A stretch of DNA of 64,000 bases from Caldilineaceae bacterium SB0662_bin_25. GTDB taxonomy: Bacteria; Chloroflexota; Anaerolineae; Caldilineales; Caldilineaceae. A program made the position numbers and the translations under genes. Below the pieces are notes generated by a model. The model was not told the origin of the DNA. It ran no database searches and saw only the letters and a program-made list of their open reading frames with translations. The stretch is taken from NCBI GenBank assembly GCA_009840225.1, contig VXOE01000271.1, positions 6,606-70,605 on the forward strand, read 5' to 3'. Shown piece after piece: positions 1 through 9,824 of the stretch (within the stretch, counting starts at the first letter, position 1; each line of letters begins with the position of its first letter).

Positions 1-448
1 AATCCTCGTGGGACCGATTTTCGTTGGTGGAGGGTGTGGTTTATTGTCGGGAGTTCTTTACAATTCAGGGATCGGTAGCTGAGTTGCCTCCGCGAATTAG
101 GTGTCGTTAACATTTGGGGCGTCCTGTTCAAAATGAAACAGGAACCGGTCACCTGAGGGCAGAATCCGACCGTTTCTTGTGTGACTCTCGTGACCGGCGA
201 CCGCTGTCTGTGTCAACTTCAATGGGTTTTCTTCGCGGCCCTTCGTGGACAGAGAAGGGTGTTCTCTGTGGCACAGCGTGGTTCAAAAAGGGTGTTGCAG
301 TGCCCCTTTGCGACCCTTCGAGCGCAGAAGGGGTTTTACCTGGCGTGCCTCAATAAAGGAAAACGTAAACGAGCCCTAATAGGTGATAGGCCCTTATCAA
401 CTACTGCACGCAGATCTGCCACAGGGCCTGTCCTCAATCTGAGCTGGT

Positions 449-1348
449 GTGAACACGATGAACATTACAGTTGACGACCTGACCAAAGTCTACCGCTCGA
501 GGTTTTACCGCACGCACACGGTTGCCCTCGAGCATCTTTCCCTTACCATTGAGATGGGAATGTTCGGCCTGCTTGGACCGAACGGCGCCGGCAAGACAAC
601 CCTGATGCGGGTGCTGGCCACTTTGTTACAGCCCACCAGCGGCGCCGCTTATGTAGGCGACTGGAAAGTCGATGATCGCAACCAGAAATGGGAGATCCGC
701 GCACAGCTCGGCTATCTGCCGCAAGAGATCCAGATGTACGACAATCTCTCCGCACGCGAATTCCTGGCCTTTGTGGCTGCCTTGAAGTATGTTCCTGCGG
801 AAGAGCGCGGCCGGCAGATCGGGAAAATGCTGGAGGTGACCGGATTGAGCGACGCGGCGGGCCGCAAGATCAGGGCCTACTCGGGAGGTATGAAGCGGCG
901 GCTGGGCGTAGCGCAGGCGCTTATCGGCAACCCCAAGGTTCTCATCGTTGACGAACCGACCGCCGGCCTGGACCCCCAGGAACGGGTACGCTTCCGTAAT
1001 CTGCTCGTTGAGTTGGCGCGTGAGCGGCTGGTGCTGTTGTCCTCCCATATCACCGAGGATATCGCCCAGACCTGCTCGCGTCTTGCGGTCCTCGACCATG
1101 GGCAGCTGCGCTTTCACGGCGGTATCCAGACGTTGCTGCAAACGACGGCGGGGCGCGTCTGGGAGTTTACGGCGGTGGATCACGCAGTGCAGGAGCGAGA
1201 GGATTTGCGGGTGGTTGCCATCACCCACACGGAGCAGGGAACCCAATATCGAGTTCTGGCAGAAGAAAAACCCACTGCGGATGCGGTCCCAGCTTCCCCG
1301 ACTGTTGAGGACGCCTACCTCTGGCTGATCCAACCGCGCAATACGTGA
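449..1348 (+). CDS. ABC transporter ATP-binding protein
   Basis: Walker A GPNGAGKTT, ABC signature YSGGMKRRL, Walker B VLIVDEPTAGLD, H-loop LSSHI. Overlapping antisense and alternate-frame ORFs look like GC shadow ORFs. Confidence 0.9.
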   Translation: MNTMNITVDDLTKVYRSRFYRTHTVALEHLSLTIEMGMFGLLGPNGAGKTTLMRVLATLLQPTSGAAYVGDWKVDDRNQKWEIRAQLGYLPQEIQMYDNLSAREFLAFVAALKYVPAEERGRQIGKMLEVTGLSDAAGRKIRAYSGGMKRRLGVAQALIGNPKVLIVDEPTAGLDPQERVRFRNLLVELARERLVLLSSHITEDIAQTCSRLAVLDHGQLRFHGGIQTLLQTTAGRVWEFTAVDHAVQEREDLRVVAITHTEQGTQYRVLAEEKPTADAVPASPTVEDAYLWLIQPRNT

Positions 1349-1927
1349 TTCACGCCCGCTTGCCGCTCACACCTGTTTTTGTTCGATCAGCAGTCCCTCG
1401 CGTTGACTACACTATGTCCGGCAGTCGCTGCGCTAAGCGAGGAGGTGTTCGGCGACGTGACAGGGCCTGCGTCCTGCAAGCGCTGAACCAGGGATTGCGA
1501 GAAGATAGTGAAGAGGAGCGGGAAGGCTGTTGGGGCCAGCTATGGTCTTCAGTGCGTTTGCGATGCGTTCGTGTGTGTCCGTGTCGTCTCCCTGTGAGTG
1601 TGTGGGCCCCGTGAATCCCCTGTGAAAGATCGTTTTGCCCCGCTGAAGAAATTGGTTCGATCTTGACGGTATCCTTGATACCGATTCATGTGTCGGCGAA
1701 GATTCAAAATTTTTTGAAGGGCATTTTTTTCAGGCTGCGGAGTTCTCGGTGATGCGCGGCTAGCCGCGTCCTGCGCCCCAGGGCGTCCTCGCTTCGGACA
1801 CTGTCACGCCCTCTACTGTTCTGACTCGATACACACTCTGTTGCCGGCTGCGCAAGATGGAAGTTGGAGCGCTCTGTTGCGCTGGTCTGCGATGTCGCCC
1901 CGGCACTCGTCAACCAGGACGGGCGCC

Positions 1928-2220
1928 TTTTCGATAGCACGCAGATCCATGCAGATCTGTCCCTTCCCGCGCCTGCAAACGCCGCGGCCTCCAAAGCCCC
2001 GTTCCCCTGTTTGTCGGGCAACCCCCTCCGCATGGCACCGCCGGGTCGCCCCGAACTCCTAGCCGATCAACGTCAACGCCGCCATGCATGAGCGGTACAT
2101 CGGCCTGCCCGGCATCGACACCCAGATTAGGCGTCCGGATTCAGGACTTCTGAGCGAATTTGTCTCGATTTGAGATATTTTCGCGACATTTTGCCTTTAT
2201 TATTGACTGTGCAAGAAAGA
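1928..2220. repeat. Copy A of a ~300-bp duplicated leader/promoter module
   Basis: Aligns by eye with 3287-3590. A 39-nt core at 2151-2189 (tgagcgaatttgtctcgatttgagatattttcgcgacat) is near-identical to 3520-3558, followed by tattattgactgtgcaaga. Confidence 0.6.
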
Positions 2221-2529
2221 GTTGGCCGCGATGAACAGCTCTGCGGTTTCTGGTTTTCAGGGTAACTGCTAAGCCTATGTATCGAGAAAGAGCGAATTTT
2301 ATATGCTTTTGGATGATGCAGGGCAAGAGACTTGAGCAAACTGGACCGACCGGACCGAGAGCAACCAGAGCAATTAGACCGGGAGAGCCTGATCGGTGTA
2401 ATCCTTATCTTGCAGCAGCAATTTGGGGCGCAACAGGAGTTGGGCCAGCAATTATGATTTGAGCAACCGTGGGAGGCTGGATCTGAAGAGGACAGCCTCC
2501 CACTTCAGTCATTCCAGGAGGGTAAAACC

Positions 2530-3204
2530 ATGTTCAGGAAATTTCTCGTTGTCACACTGGCGCTTCTCACCGCCGCCTGTGTGCCTATCCCGCGTGAGGC
2601 GCCGGAGGCGTCCTCACAGATGTCCGAACGATCCGACAACTGTGCCCCTGACCACATGACCTTGCAGGTCGGACAGGGCAGCGGCGATCAAGCAACGGAC
2701 GAATTGCCAAGACACATCGATATTCTCAGGGTAGAATCCAGTCTGGAGGGCGAAACGCTGACGGCTGTTTTCCACCTGAGAGACATTCCACATGAATTGA
2801 CAGTGAATCGCGAAGGTGTTCATCACATGCACCAAGACTATGGCTGGAATGTTGACATCGACATACATGGCGTAGTCAGAAACATATCCGCTGACTACTC
2901 ACTCTTCGATTACACGCTTCGGGTCGAAAACAGCGCAGAAAAGTCTCCCTCGGATCCCCTGCCCACAACCGGCGCCTTCGAAGACGTAATGGGACCGCAA
3001 CTGTTGGAGTTCGTGCACGATACGGAGGACAATTACCTTACGCACAAGCATCTGAACGGGAACTCCCGTCTTCTCGTCTCCTACAAAGACAACACGCTCA
3101 CTCTCTCCGGTCAGATTCCCGGTATTACGCGTGAATCAACCCTCCTGTTTTGGGCTTATGATACCTTGGGTGGACAAGACGGCATCGCATGTCAATCCGG
3201 TTGA
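2530..3204 (+). CDS. Putative lipoprotein with one copy of an unassigned ~190-aa module
   Basis: Signal peptide with lipobox-like MFRKFLVVTLALLTAAC. Module motifs HIDILRVESSLEGETLTAVFHLRDIPHELTVNREGV and NTLTLSGQIPGITRESTLLFWAYDTLGGQDGIAC are shared with 5860-6621 and 6715-9051. Confidence 0.75.
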   Translation: MFRKFLVVTLALLTAACVPIPREAPEASSQMSERSDNCAPDHMTLQVGQGSGDQATDELPRHIDILRVESSLEGETLTAVFHLRDIPHELTVNREGVHHMHQDYGWNVDIDIHGVVRNISADYSLFDYTLRVENSAEKSPSDPLPTTGAFEDVMGPQLLEFVHDTEDNYLTHKHLNGNSRLLVSYKDNTLTLSGQIPGITRESTLLFWAYDTLGGQDGIACQSG

Positions 3205-3262
3205 TACCGCTCTGTTGCAGTTGCCTCCAGCTATCAATATAGTCGTAAGCGATAACCGAAAA

Positions 3263-3290
3263 GCCACCGGCGAGCAGGCCGGTGGTTTTT
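3263..3290 (+). terminator. Rho-independent terminator candidate
   Basis: gccaccggc-gagca-gccggtgg stem followed by ttttt, ~60 nt after the stop of 2530-3204. Confidence 0.55.
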
Positions 3291-3590
3291 CGATAGCAGG
3301 CGGATCCATGTACCTCTGTCTTTATCCGCGCCTGTAAACGCCGCGGTCTGCAGGCCCCTGTCGCCCGGGTTGTCGGGCAACATCCTCTGTCCGGCACCGC
3401 CGGGCCGCTCCGCACTGCTGCGAATTTCCACTTGATCAGCGAGAATGGCGCCGCGCTTGAGCGGTACATCGCCCTGCCCTGCATTGGCGCCCGGATCAGG
3501 CGCCCGGTTTTGGGGCTGCTGAGTGAATTTGTCTCGATTTGAGATATTTTCGCGACATCTCGCGTGTATTATTGATTGTACAAGAGTGAG
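3287..3590. repeat. Copy B of the ~300-bp duplicated leader/promoter module
   Basis: Aligns with 1928-2220. Core at 3520-3558, then tattattgattgtacaaga at 3568-3586. Lies ~140 bp upstream of the response-regulator start. Confidence 0.6.
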
Positions 3591-3722
3591 TTCCCCCCGA
3601 CATGACCTGAACGAATCGAGGCAAGCAGAGGCGGTCCTGCCAGATGGAGAGGTGGATAGAGAGTCAGACGCGGGACTTGGAATGGGGATCCTGGCTGCAT
3701 GGGTCCGTTGTGAGAGTGAGCT

Positions 3723-4400
3723 GTGAGTCACCTGATTTTGATCGTTGAAGATGACACAACCATCGCCAACTGGTTGAGGGTATTTCTGGAGGAAGAGGGA
3801 TTTACAGTCGAAGTTGCCAATGACGGCAGGACGGGTCTCAACCTTGCACGCAGTCTTGCTCCTGACCTGATTGTGCTTGATCTGATGCTCCCTCTCCTCG
3901 ACGGCATGGAACTCTGTCGCATTCTGCGCCGCGAATCGGATGTCCCGATCATCATGCTCACAGCCAGGGCAGGGCTGGCAGACCGTACCCGCGGCCTGGA
4001 TACCGGCGCCGACGACTATGTCGTCAAACCCTTCGATCCCGAGGAGGTTGTCGCACGCGCCAAAGCGGTCTTGCGCCGCGTCCACGACAAGGTTCAGCAG
4101 CGGTTGAGCCACGGCCGCATCACGATCGATGAAACAACGCGCCGCGTCACGGTTGACGAAAAGCCGGTCAATCTGAGCCGGACACTGTACCTCCTGCTCG
4201 CGACTTTCATGCGTCATCCGAACCAGGTACTCACACGGGACCAGCTGATCGCCCTCGCCTTCGATGACGATTTCGATGCCTATGATCGGTCCATTGACAA
4301 CTATATCTTTCGCCTCCGCAAACAGATTGCCGCAGATGGGTTCCAGCCAATACAGACCGTCTATGGGTCCGGCTACCGACTTGTAACCAAGGATGAGTGA
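3723..4400 (+). CDS. OmpR-family response regulator (receiver + winged-helix)
   Basis: GTG start. Receiver motifs LIVEDD, DLIVLDLMLPLLDG, MLTA, KPF. C-terminal winged-helix with YGSGYRL. Its stop overlaps the kinase start by 4 nt (GTGATG). Confidence 0.9.
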   Translation: MSHLILIVEDDTTIANWLRVFLEEEGFTVEVANDGRTGLNLARSLAPDLIVLDLMLPLLDGMELCRILRRESDVPIIMLTARAGLADRTRGLDTGADDYVVKPFDPEEVVARAKAVLRRVHDKVQQRLSHGRITIDETTRRVTVDEKPVNLSRTLYLLLATFMRHPNQVLTRDQLIALAFDDDFDAYDRSIDNYIFRLRKQIAADGFQPIQTVYGSGYRLVTKDE

Positions 4401-5848
4401 TGTCGTTATACTGGCGTTTCCTGGGGGCCTTTGTCCTGTTGATACTCTTTTCCGTTTCGCTTAGTGTCGGAATCGGATACTATGCGACGCTGGACCGATT
4501 GGACACCTATGGCGGCGAGCTCAGCAGCAAGGCGGCTAATCTTGTCGCCCGGAAACTGGGCCAATCCTATACTTACTCAGAAGGCTGGGAAACGTTGGTC
4601 GTCACAGTGTCCGATGCAAGCCTGGGGAGTCTCATCGGTTCAAGGCGGGAAAACGAGCAACGCAACGAAGACAATGTGCAAGAGGAGCACTATGTACTGT
4701 TCCATAAAAGGGTAAACGGAGATGAGATACTTGTATTCGTCGACGTTGGCGATGAATATGCCCTGTACGACGACCTCTCCGACTTGCTTCAAGACCGAGT
4801 CGCATCCGAACTGAATGAACAGATCGTTAATGAGCAAGTTGTCAATGTATCCGGCGACAGCGCTCGCCGGTCGGTGGGGTATGCCATCCTGGACTTCTAT
4901 CAGGAGTTCGGCGCAACCGAATCACGCAACTTTGTCCAGGACCTGCTCTACACCACCGTCATGGGCGGCCTGTTGACCGTCGCCATTGCCCTCCTGCTCG
5001 CGGCTTGGCTCTCCAAACGCATTTCCACCCCTGTTACCGCCCTGACCCAAGCCTTCCGCACCGTTGCGCAACGCGGCGACACCGCCTTGTTGCCGGTTAC
5101 CTCCTCTGACGAGCTGGGGCAGATGAGCAGCGCTTTCAACACGATGACGACCGCCCTGCAGACGCAACGCGACCTGCGCAACCGTCTGCTCAACGATGTT
5201 TCCCACGAGCTGAGCACGCCCCTGAGCATCATCCGTCTGGAAGCCCACGCGCTGCGCAAGGGCCTGCAGTCCCCGTCACAGGCCGCCGACCGGATTGTTC
5301 AGGAGGTCGATATGCTGGGCAACCTCGTGCAAGATCTGGGCTGGCTGGCCGAAACCGAGTCAGACGAGCTGCAGCTCACCGTTGAGCCCTGCTCCATCGA
5401 GCAGCTTCTCACCGCGGAACTGGCGCGCTGGCAGCAACAGGCGGAGATGGACCGTATCACGCTCTCGCTGCAGCTGCCCCCCGACCCGCCGGACTTCAAT
5501 CTGGACCCGATGCGCATGAGCCAGGCGCTCGGCAACGTGATAGACAACGCCCTCCGCCATACGCAGGCCGGTGGACAGGTTGAGGTTGCCGCAACTATCG
5601 AAGCGGGGCGGCAGTTCACGATTACGGTTACCGACGACGGCGCGGGGATTAGCTCCGCCGATCTGCCCCACGTTGTGGACCGTTTCTACCGCGCCGACCG
5701 GTCTCGCAGCCGCCGTACGGGGGGCGCAGGCCTGGGGCTGGCCATCACGCGCGCAGTCGTCGAAGCGCACGGGGGCACGGTTTCCGTTTCCAGCGACGGC
5801 CTTGGCCGCGGCACAACCGTGCGCATCGCTCTCCCACTGCAGGAGTAA
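4397..5848 (+). CDS. Sensor histidine kinase (TM-HAMP-HisKA-HATPase_c)
   Basis: Two hydrophobic segments, H-box SHELSTPLS, N-box DNALRH, G1 DDGAGI, G2 GGAGLGLAI. Confidence 0.9.
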   Translation: MMSLYWRFLGAFVLLILFSVSLSVGIGYYATLDRLDTYGGELSSKAANLVARKLGQSYTYSEGWETLVVTVSDASLGSLIGSRRENEQRNEDNVQEEHYVLFHKRVNGDEILVFVDVGDEYALYDDLSDLLQDRVASELNEQIVNEQVVNVSGDSARRSVGYAILDFYQEFGATESRNFVQDLLYTTVMGGLLTVAIALLLAAWLSKRISTPVTALTQAFRTVAQRGDTALLPVTSSDELGQMSSAFNTMTTALQTQRDLRNRLLNDVSHELSTPLSIIRLEAHALRKGLQSPSQAADRIVQEVDMLGNLVQDLGWLAETESDELQLTVEPCSIEQLLTAELARWQQQAEMDRITLSLQLPPDPPDFNLDPMRMSQALGNVIDNALRHTQAGGQVEVAATIEAGRQFTITVTDDGAGISSADLPHVVDRFYRADRSRSRRTGGAGLGLAITRAVVEAHGGTVSVSSDGLGRGTTVRIALPLQE

Positions 5849-5859
5849 GGAGACAAATC

Positions 5860-6621
5860 ATGTTCAAAGGAATTACGCTCGCCGGGCTCGTTCTTCTTGC
5901 CGCGGCCTGCACAGTTGCACCGGCTGCACCTTCCGTTGCGACAAGATCGATGCAGGAGTCAAGACTGCTGGCTGTGCTGGAACCGGAGCAAGGGTCAACA
6001 CCGCTGGCCGTGTCCGGAGCGGCGCAGGGGCAGGCAGCGCTGACCGTGTCCGCAGAGCCGGCTGACTGTCCCGGCGGCTATCTCAGGATGCTGCCCGGGC
6101 AGAGTGCATTCGACCCCACTGCAGAGGACATACCGGCTTATATCGACATTGTCGGCGCGGCGTCCAGCCTGGATGGTGAAACTCTGACGGCAGTCTTCTC
6201 TCTGCGGGAGATCCCCGAGGAGATGGCGTTCAACCGCGCAGGTGTCAAGGATCTTCACTCCGAGTATATGTGGACGGTTGAAATCTTCGTGGAGAACAGC
6301 GAGGCGTCGGAGTCTGAACAGATCGAATACATGCTGGGCGCGGTTTACTCCGCCAGAAGGGTTTTAGCGGACACGCCGGCGGCAACGCGGCCTTTCCAGG
6401 AGGCTGTGCGCAGCACCTTGTGGAAGGCCAAACATGATCACGAACAGGACGTGACTTTCCTGATAAACGTACCCGTCCATGTCCGCATGCTCGTCTCTCA
6501 CGAAGAGGACACGCTCACACTTATCAGCGAGGTTCCGGGCATCACAGCCGAGTCGACCCTCCTGTTTTCGACGTATGACATTCTGCTCGGTCAGGACGGC
6601 GTCTCCTGCCTTCCCGGTTGA
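5860..6621 (+). CDS. Putative lipoprotein, paralog with one copy of the ~190-aa module
   Basis: Signal/lipobox MFKGITLAGLVLLAAAC. Module motifs YIDIVGAASSLDGETLTAVFSLREIPEEMAFNRAGV and DTLTLISEVPGITAESTLLFSTYDILLGQDGVSC. Confidence 0.75.
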   Translation: MFKGITLAGLVLLAAACTVAPAAPSVATRSMQESRLLAVLEPEQGSTPLAVSGAAQGQAALTVSAEPADCPGGYLRMLPGQSAFDPTAEDIPAYIDIVGAASSLDGETLTAVFSLREIPEEMAFNRAGVKDLHSEYMWTVEIFVENSEASESEQIEYMLGAVYSARRVLADTPAATRPFQEAVRSTLWKAKHDHEQDVTFLINVPVHVRMLVSHEEDTLTLISEVPGITAESTLLFSTYDILLGQDGVSCLPG

Positions 6622-6714
6622 TTCGGCCCGCCCGGCCTGCGTCCATGCGTCGCAGAGGGCGGCCGGGTTCGACGAAGCCCGAATGCCGTTTTCATTTTCC
6701 AGGGGGAATTCACC

Positions 6715-9051
6715 ATGTTCAGAAATCTTGTGGGCGCCGGACTCGCACTTCTTACTGCCGCCTGTGTACCCATACCGGCAGAGCTGCCGGCTGCATCGGA
6801 ACTATCGCGTCCGGTGGACGGCTCCGCAGCTATTTCAGAGCAGGATGAAGTCAAAGATGTCTCTCACGACCTGGTTGCGCACATTGATATTCGCGGCGTC
6901 ACGACGGCGCTGGACGGGGATACCTTGACCGTCACCTTTCAACTCAGGGATCTGCCGGAGACGTTGACATTCAACAGAACGGGCGTGCCCAATCATGCCC
7001 TGGAGTACAACTGGGAGGTGTCGATCGACGTCGACAACGACCCGGTAACAGGCAGCGCCGGGTTCGATTACATGCTGTCCGCCGGCTATTTCGTGCCTCC
7101 CCTCGCGAAAGACAGCGATACGGTGGCAGAGATAACCCAACCGGGCTTCGTCAAAGCCAGCCTTTGGGGGCTGAACCGGCGGGGGTACAGGGTTCCGGCA
7201 GAGGCAGACATCGCGATCGCGGTGTCTGCCGAGGAGAACACGATAATGCTCTCCGGCGATATTCCCGGAATCACGGAAGCGTCGCGGCTTAAGCTTCGGG
7301 CGTATGATTTCTTCGCCGGCTCTGTGGAGATGAGCGGTCATGGCCCGTCGATCACGGGCCTGGCCGCCAGCCAGTGCATACCTGACCAGCCCATTATCAC
7401 CCCCAGTCAGACCGTGCTGGACGCCGCCGGCGACGTGCCGGCCGCGCATGTCGACGTTATCGAGATCAACAGCTCTCTTTCCGAAGAGCTCCTGACCGTC
7501 GTGTTCCGGCTCAGAGACGTTCCGGAGACGTTAATCTTCAACAGAACTAGAGTGCCGGAACATGCGATGGAGTACAACTGGGAGGTGTCGATCGACGTGG
7601 ACAACGACCGCGCAACAGGCTTTGAGGGATTCGACTACCTTCTGACTGCCTTTCATTCTGTTTACCCAAGGGCCGGCGGCACCAATACGACTGCATCCAT
7701 AACAACCTGGGGGATGGTACAAACCCATACCTGGGAACTGGATGGATGGGATGCAATGACAATCGAACAGGGCCGTCTCGAAGTATCTGCTGAAGAGAAC
7801 ACGATAACGCTTTCCGGGAATGTTCCGGGCATCACAGCGAAGTCACGGCTTGCGTTCGGGGCTTTCGATTTCCTGGGAGGTGCGGAGGAGGTTGGATGTT
7901 TTCTTCCGTATAGCATGGGTCAACCGCAGGTCATGCAATGTACGCCATATAACGCCCCAGTCAGGGCGGGGAATGCCGTAGCCGATGACGTGTCCGATGT
8001 ACCTGCCGCGCATATAGATATCACGGCGGTCGATACCTTCCTTTCAGGGGAGACGCTGACGGCTGTTTTCCATCTCAGAGACGTTCCGGAGGCCTTGACG
8101 TTCGACAGGGCAGGCGTACCGGATGATGAGCTTGAGTACAGCTGGAAGGTGTTTGTCGATGCGGACAATGACCCGGAGACCGGTTTTGGCGGGATTGACT
8201 ATACGCTTTCCGCCGTGCACAAAGTGTCCGCCTTATCCGGCGGAAGCGGCACAACCGCGCCTATAGCGGCAGGGAGAAATGTAGAGGTCAGCACACGAAA
8301 ATTGACGCCGAGAGAAGGCTTTGCCTTTTTCGAAGATGCCCGCATCGAAGTATCTGCCGAGGACAACACGCTCACGCTTTCCGGGGAGATTCCCGGCATC
8401 ACGACGGTGTCACCGCTCGCGTTCGAGGCTTACGACTATTCAGGAGGTACGGAGAAGGTGGGATGTCTGTCTCTCGTGCCTGTTGTCATACATGAAGGTG
8501 TGATGTGCGATTCTGACAATGCCATGATTGCACCTGGGCAGACAGTGCTCGATAGCATCACCGACATGCTGCCATCCTATATGGACATCACCAGAGTCAG
8601 CACAGTTCTGGACGGCGAGACGCTTGCCGTTGTCTTCCATCTCAGGGATCTTCCAGAAACGCTGGAGTTCAACAGAGAGGGTGTCCGGGCAGATATGTTG
8701 GAGTACGGTTGGTCTGTGTCAATCGACGTGGACAACGACCGCGAAACCGGTGATTTTCGGGGCGAGGACTACGCCATGTCCGCCGGTCGCTTTGCACATC
8801 CTTCGTCCAGTGACGCGGGTGTTCACCTGCCTGTTGAAGAAGCTGTGCAGGCCAACTCCTGGCAGATGGATGGAACAGGCAGCGCATATCTGAGTGAAAT
8901 CAGCTTGGAGGTATCGTCTGAAGAGAACACAATTACGCTTGTTGGAGATATACCCGGCATTACGTCACAGTCGCGGCTTGTCTTCGAGGCCTATGATTTT
9001 CTGAACGGTTCGGAGCAGGTGACTTGCCAGGTTTCTGTTGTTCTCAGGTGA
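6715..9051 (+). CDS. Putative lipoprotein with four tandem copies of the ~190-aa module
   Basis: Signal/lipobox MFRNLVGAGLALLTAAC. The block H(I/V)D(I/V)..(V/I)...L.(G/E)(D/E).LT(V/A)VF.LRD(L/V)PE.L.F(N/D)R.(G/R)V...(L/M)EY.W.V.(I/V)D.DND..TG ... EVS.E(E/D)NT(I/L)TL.G.(I/V)PGIT..S.L.F.A.D....(S/A/T)E.V.C recurs four times. Confidence 0.8.
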   Translation: MFRNLVGAGLALLTAACVPIPAELPAASELSRPVDGSAAISEQDEVKDVSHDLVAHIDIRGVTTALDGDTLTVTFQLRDLPETLTFNRTGVPNHALEYNWEVSIDVDNDPVTGSAGFDYMLSAGYFVPPLAKDSDTVAEITQPGFVKASLWGLNRRGYRVPAEADIAIAVSAEENTIMLSGDIPGITEASRLKLRAYDFFAGSVEMSGHGPSITGLAASQCIPDQPIITPSQTVLDAAGDVPAAHVDVIEINSSLSEELLTVVFRLRDVPETLIFNRTRVPEHAMEYNWEVSIDVDNDRATGFEGFDYLLTAFHSVYPRAGGTNTTASITTWGMVQTHTWELDGWDAMTIEQGRLEVSAEENTITLSGNVPGITAKSRLAFGAFDFLGGAEEVGCFLPYSMGQPQVMQCTPYNAPVRAGNAVADDVSDVPAAHIDITAVDTFLSGETLTAVFHLRDVPEALTFDRAGVPDDELEYSWKVFVDADNDPETGFGGIDYTLSAVHKVSALSGGSGTTAPIAAGRNVEVSTRKLTPREGFAFFEDARIEVSAEDNTLTLSGEIPGITTVSPLAFEAYDYSGGTEKVGCLSLVPVVIHEGVMCDSDNAMIAPGQTVLDSITDMLPSYMDITRVSTVLDGETLAVVFHLRDLPETLEFNREGVRADMLEYGWSVSIDVDNDRETGDFRGEDYAMSAGRFAHPSSSDAGVHLPVEEAVQANSWQMDGTGSAYLSEISLEVSSEENTITLVGDIPGITSQSRLVFEAYDFLNGSEQVTCQVSVVLR

Positions 9052-9241
9052 AGGCGAGTTCCGACATAGGAGCCATTATTACGACCGGATTGGAACCGTC
9101 AATCTTGGACTGACCGTTGATGCATAGGGGAAGAGAGGCATTTCAGAAGCGGATCGCGAACACGAAATCGACCCGGGCCGGCAGGCGTGTGTCCGGTGCT
9201 CTCTCATTGCTCCGAGCGCCTTTCGGCTTAAGAAGCCTCTG

Positions 9242-9481
9242 GTGCCGGGGTTGGGAACCCTACATATCCTGGGAGAACGAACAATGAAGATCAAGAACTA
9301 CGCCCGATTCCTTGTGGTACTCCTGTTGATGCCTTCCGGCGCCCACTTGGACGTCTCTCACGAGGAGAACACGCTTACGCTTATCGGCCGGGTTCCAGGC
9401 ATCACTGACGAATCGACCATCGCGTTCTCGACCTTCGATATCCTGCTCGGACAAGATGGCGTCTCATGCGAACCAAGTTGA
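9242..9481 (+). pseudogene. N-terminally deleted copy of the lipoprotein module (C-terminal ~45 aa only)
   Basis: HLDVSHEENTLTLIGRVPGITDESTIAFSTFDILLGQDGVSC matches the C-terminus of 5860-6621. The rest of the module is absent. A possible short ORF starts at 9284 (MKIKNY). Confidence 0.5.
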
Positions 9482-9611
9482 TGTCAGACATTGCGCCAAC
9501 CTTTCTTGCGATACGGAGTACCAGACCTCATCCAAACTGGCATGGAGACCTGTTTAAGTTCAAGAAAGTTCTGGTTGCAGATTTGAGGTGTCGGAAGATA
9601 CGGAGGCGGCG

Positions 9612-9750
9612 GTGCCGGTCTGGGATGACATCGCGCGGTGGGACGACGGCTCTGGCCGTCTCACGGCACAGCGCTCGAAAGCCGATACCACCCCGCGCGC
9701 GATCTATCTGACGCCGGTTGCGAGGGCGCACCTCGATGCGAACCGGTCGG
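9612..9750 (+). pseudogene. Tyrosine recombinase fragment
   Basis: VWDDIARWDDGSGRLTAQRSKADTTPRAIYLTPVARAHLDA parallels LTWDDIARWDNGSGRLTVRRSKTDAGPRTVYLTPIAMAHLEA of the intact integrase at 16638-17615. Confidence 0.55.
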
Positions 9751-9824
9751 ATGGTGCGGTCGGGCCGGCTTGGCTGTCAATATTCTTCTCTGATCGGGAC
9801 GGATGCTGACGCGTAGTGCGGTAG

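Noticed and set aside
114-474. Overlapping 80-97-aa ORFs upstream of the ABC ATPase gene
   Set aside because: No RBS, motifs or consistent frame; probably non-coding leader. I could not recognise a riboswitch or RNA gene in it either.
626-1333. 235-aa antisense ORF, plus alternate-frame ORFs, over the ABC ATPase gene
   Set aside because: Arg/Gly/Pro-rich low-information translation, fully contained in a gene with clear motifs. This is a typical GC-rich shadow ORF.
1345-2100. Several 70-110-aa ORFs in the 1.2-kb gap before the first lipoprotein gene
   Set aside because: Mutually overlapping, low-complexity, and partly inside the duplicated leader. No coding evidence.
3234-4217. 327-aa minus-strand ORF spanning the duplicated leader and the response-regulator gene
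   Set aside because: Antisense to a well-supported regulator gene. The peptide similarity between the two leader copies on this strand (..CRENISNRDKF..) simply follows from nucleotide identity, and copy A breaks the frame.
6715-9051. Possible diversity-generating retroelement target or phase-variable repeat protein
   Set aside because: No reverse transcriptase, template repeat or simple-sequence tract is seen in the window. The four modules diverge throughout instead of at focused adenine-specific positions.
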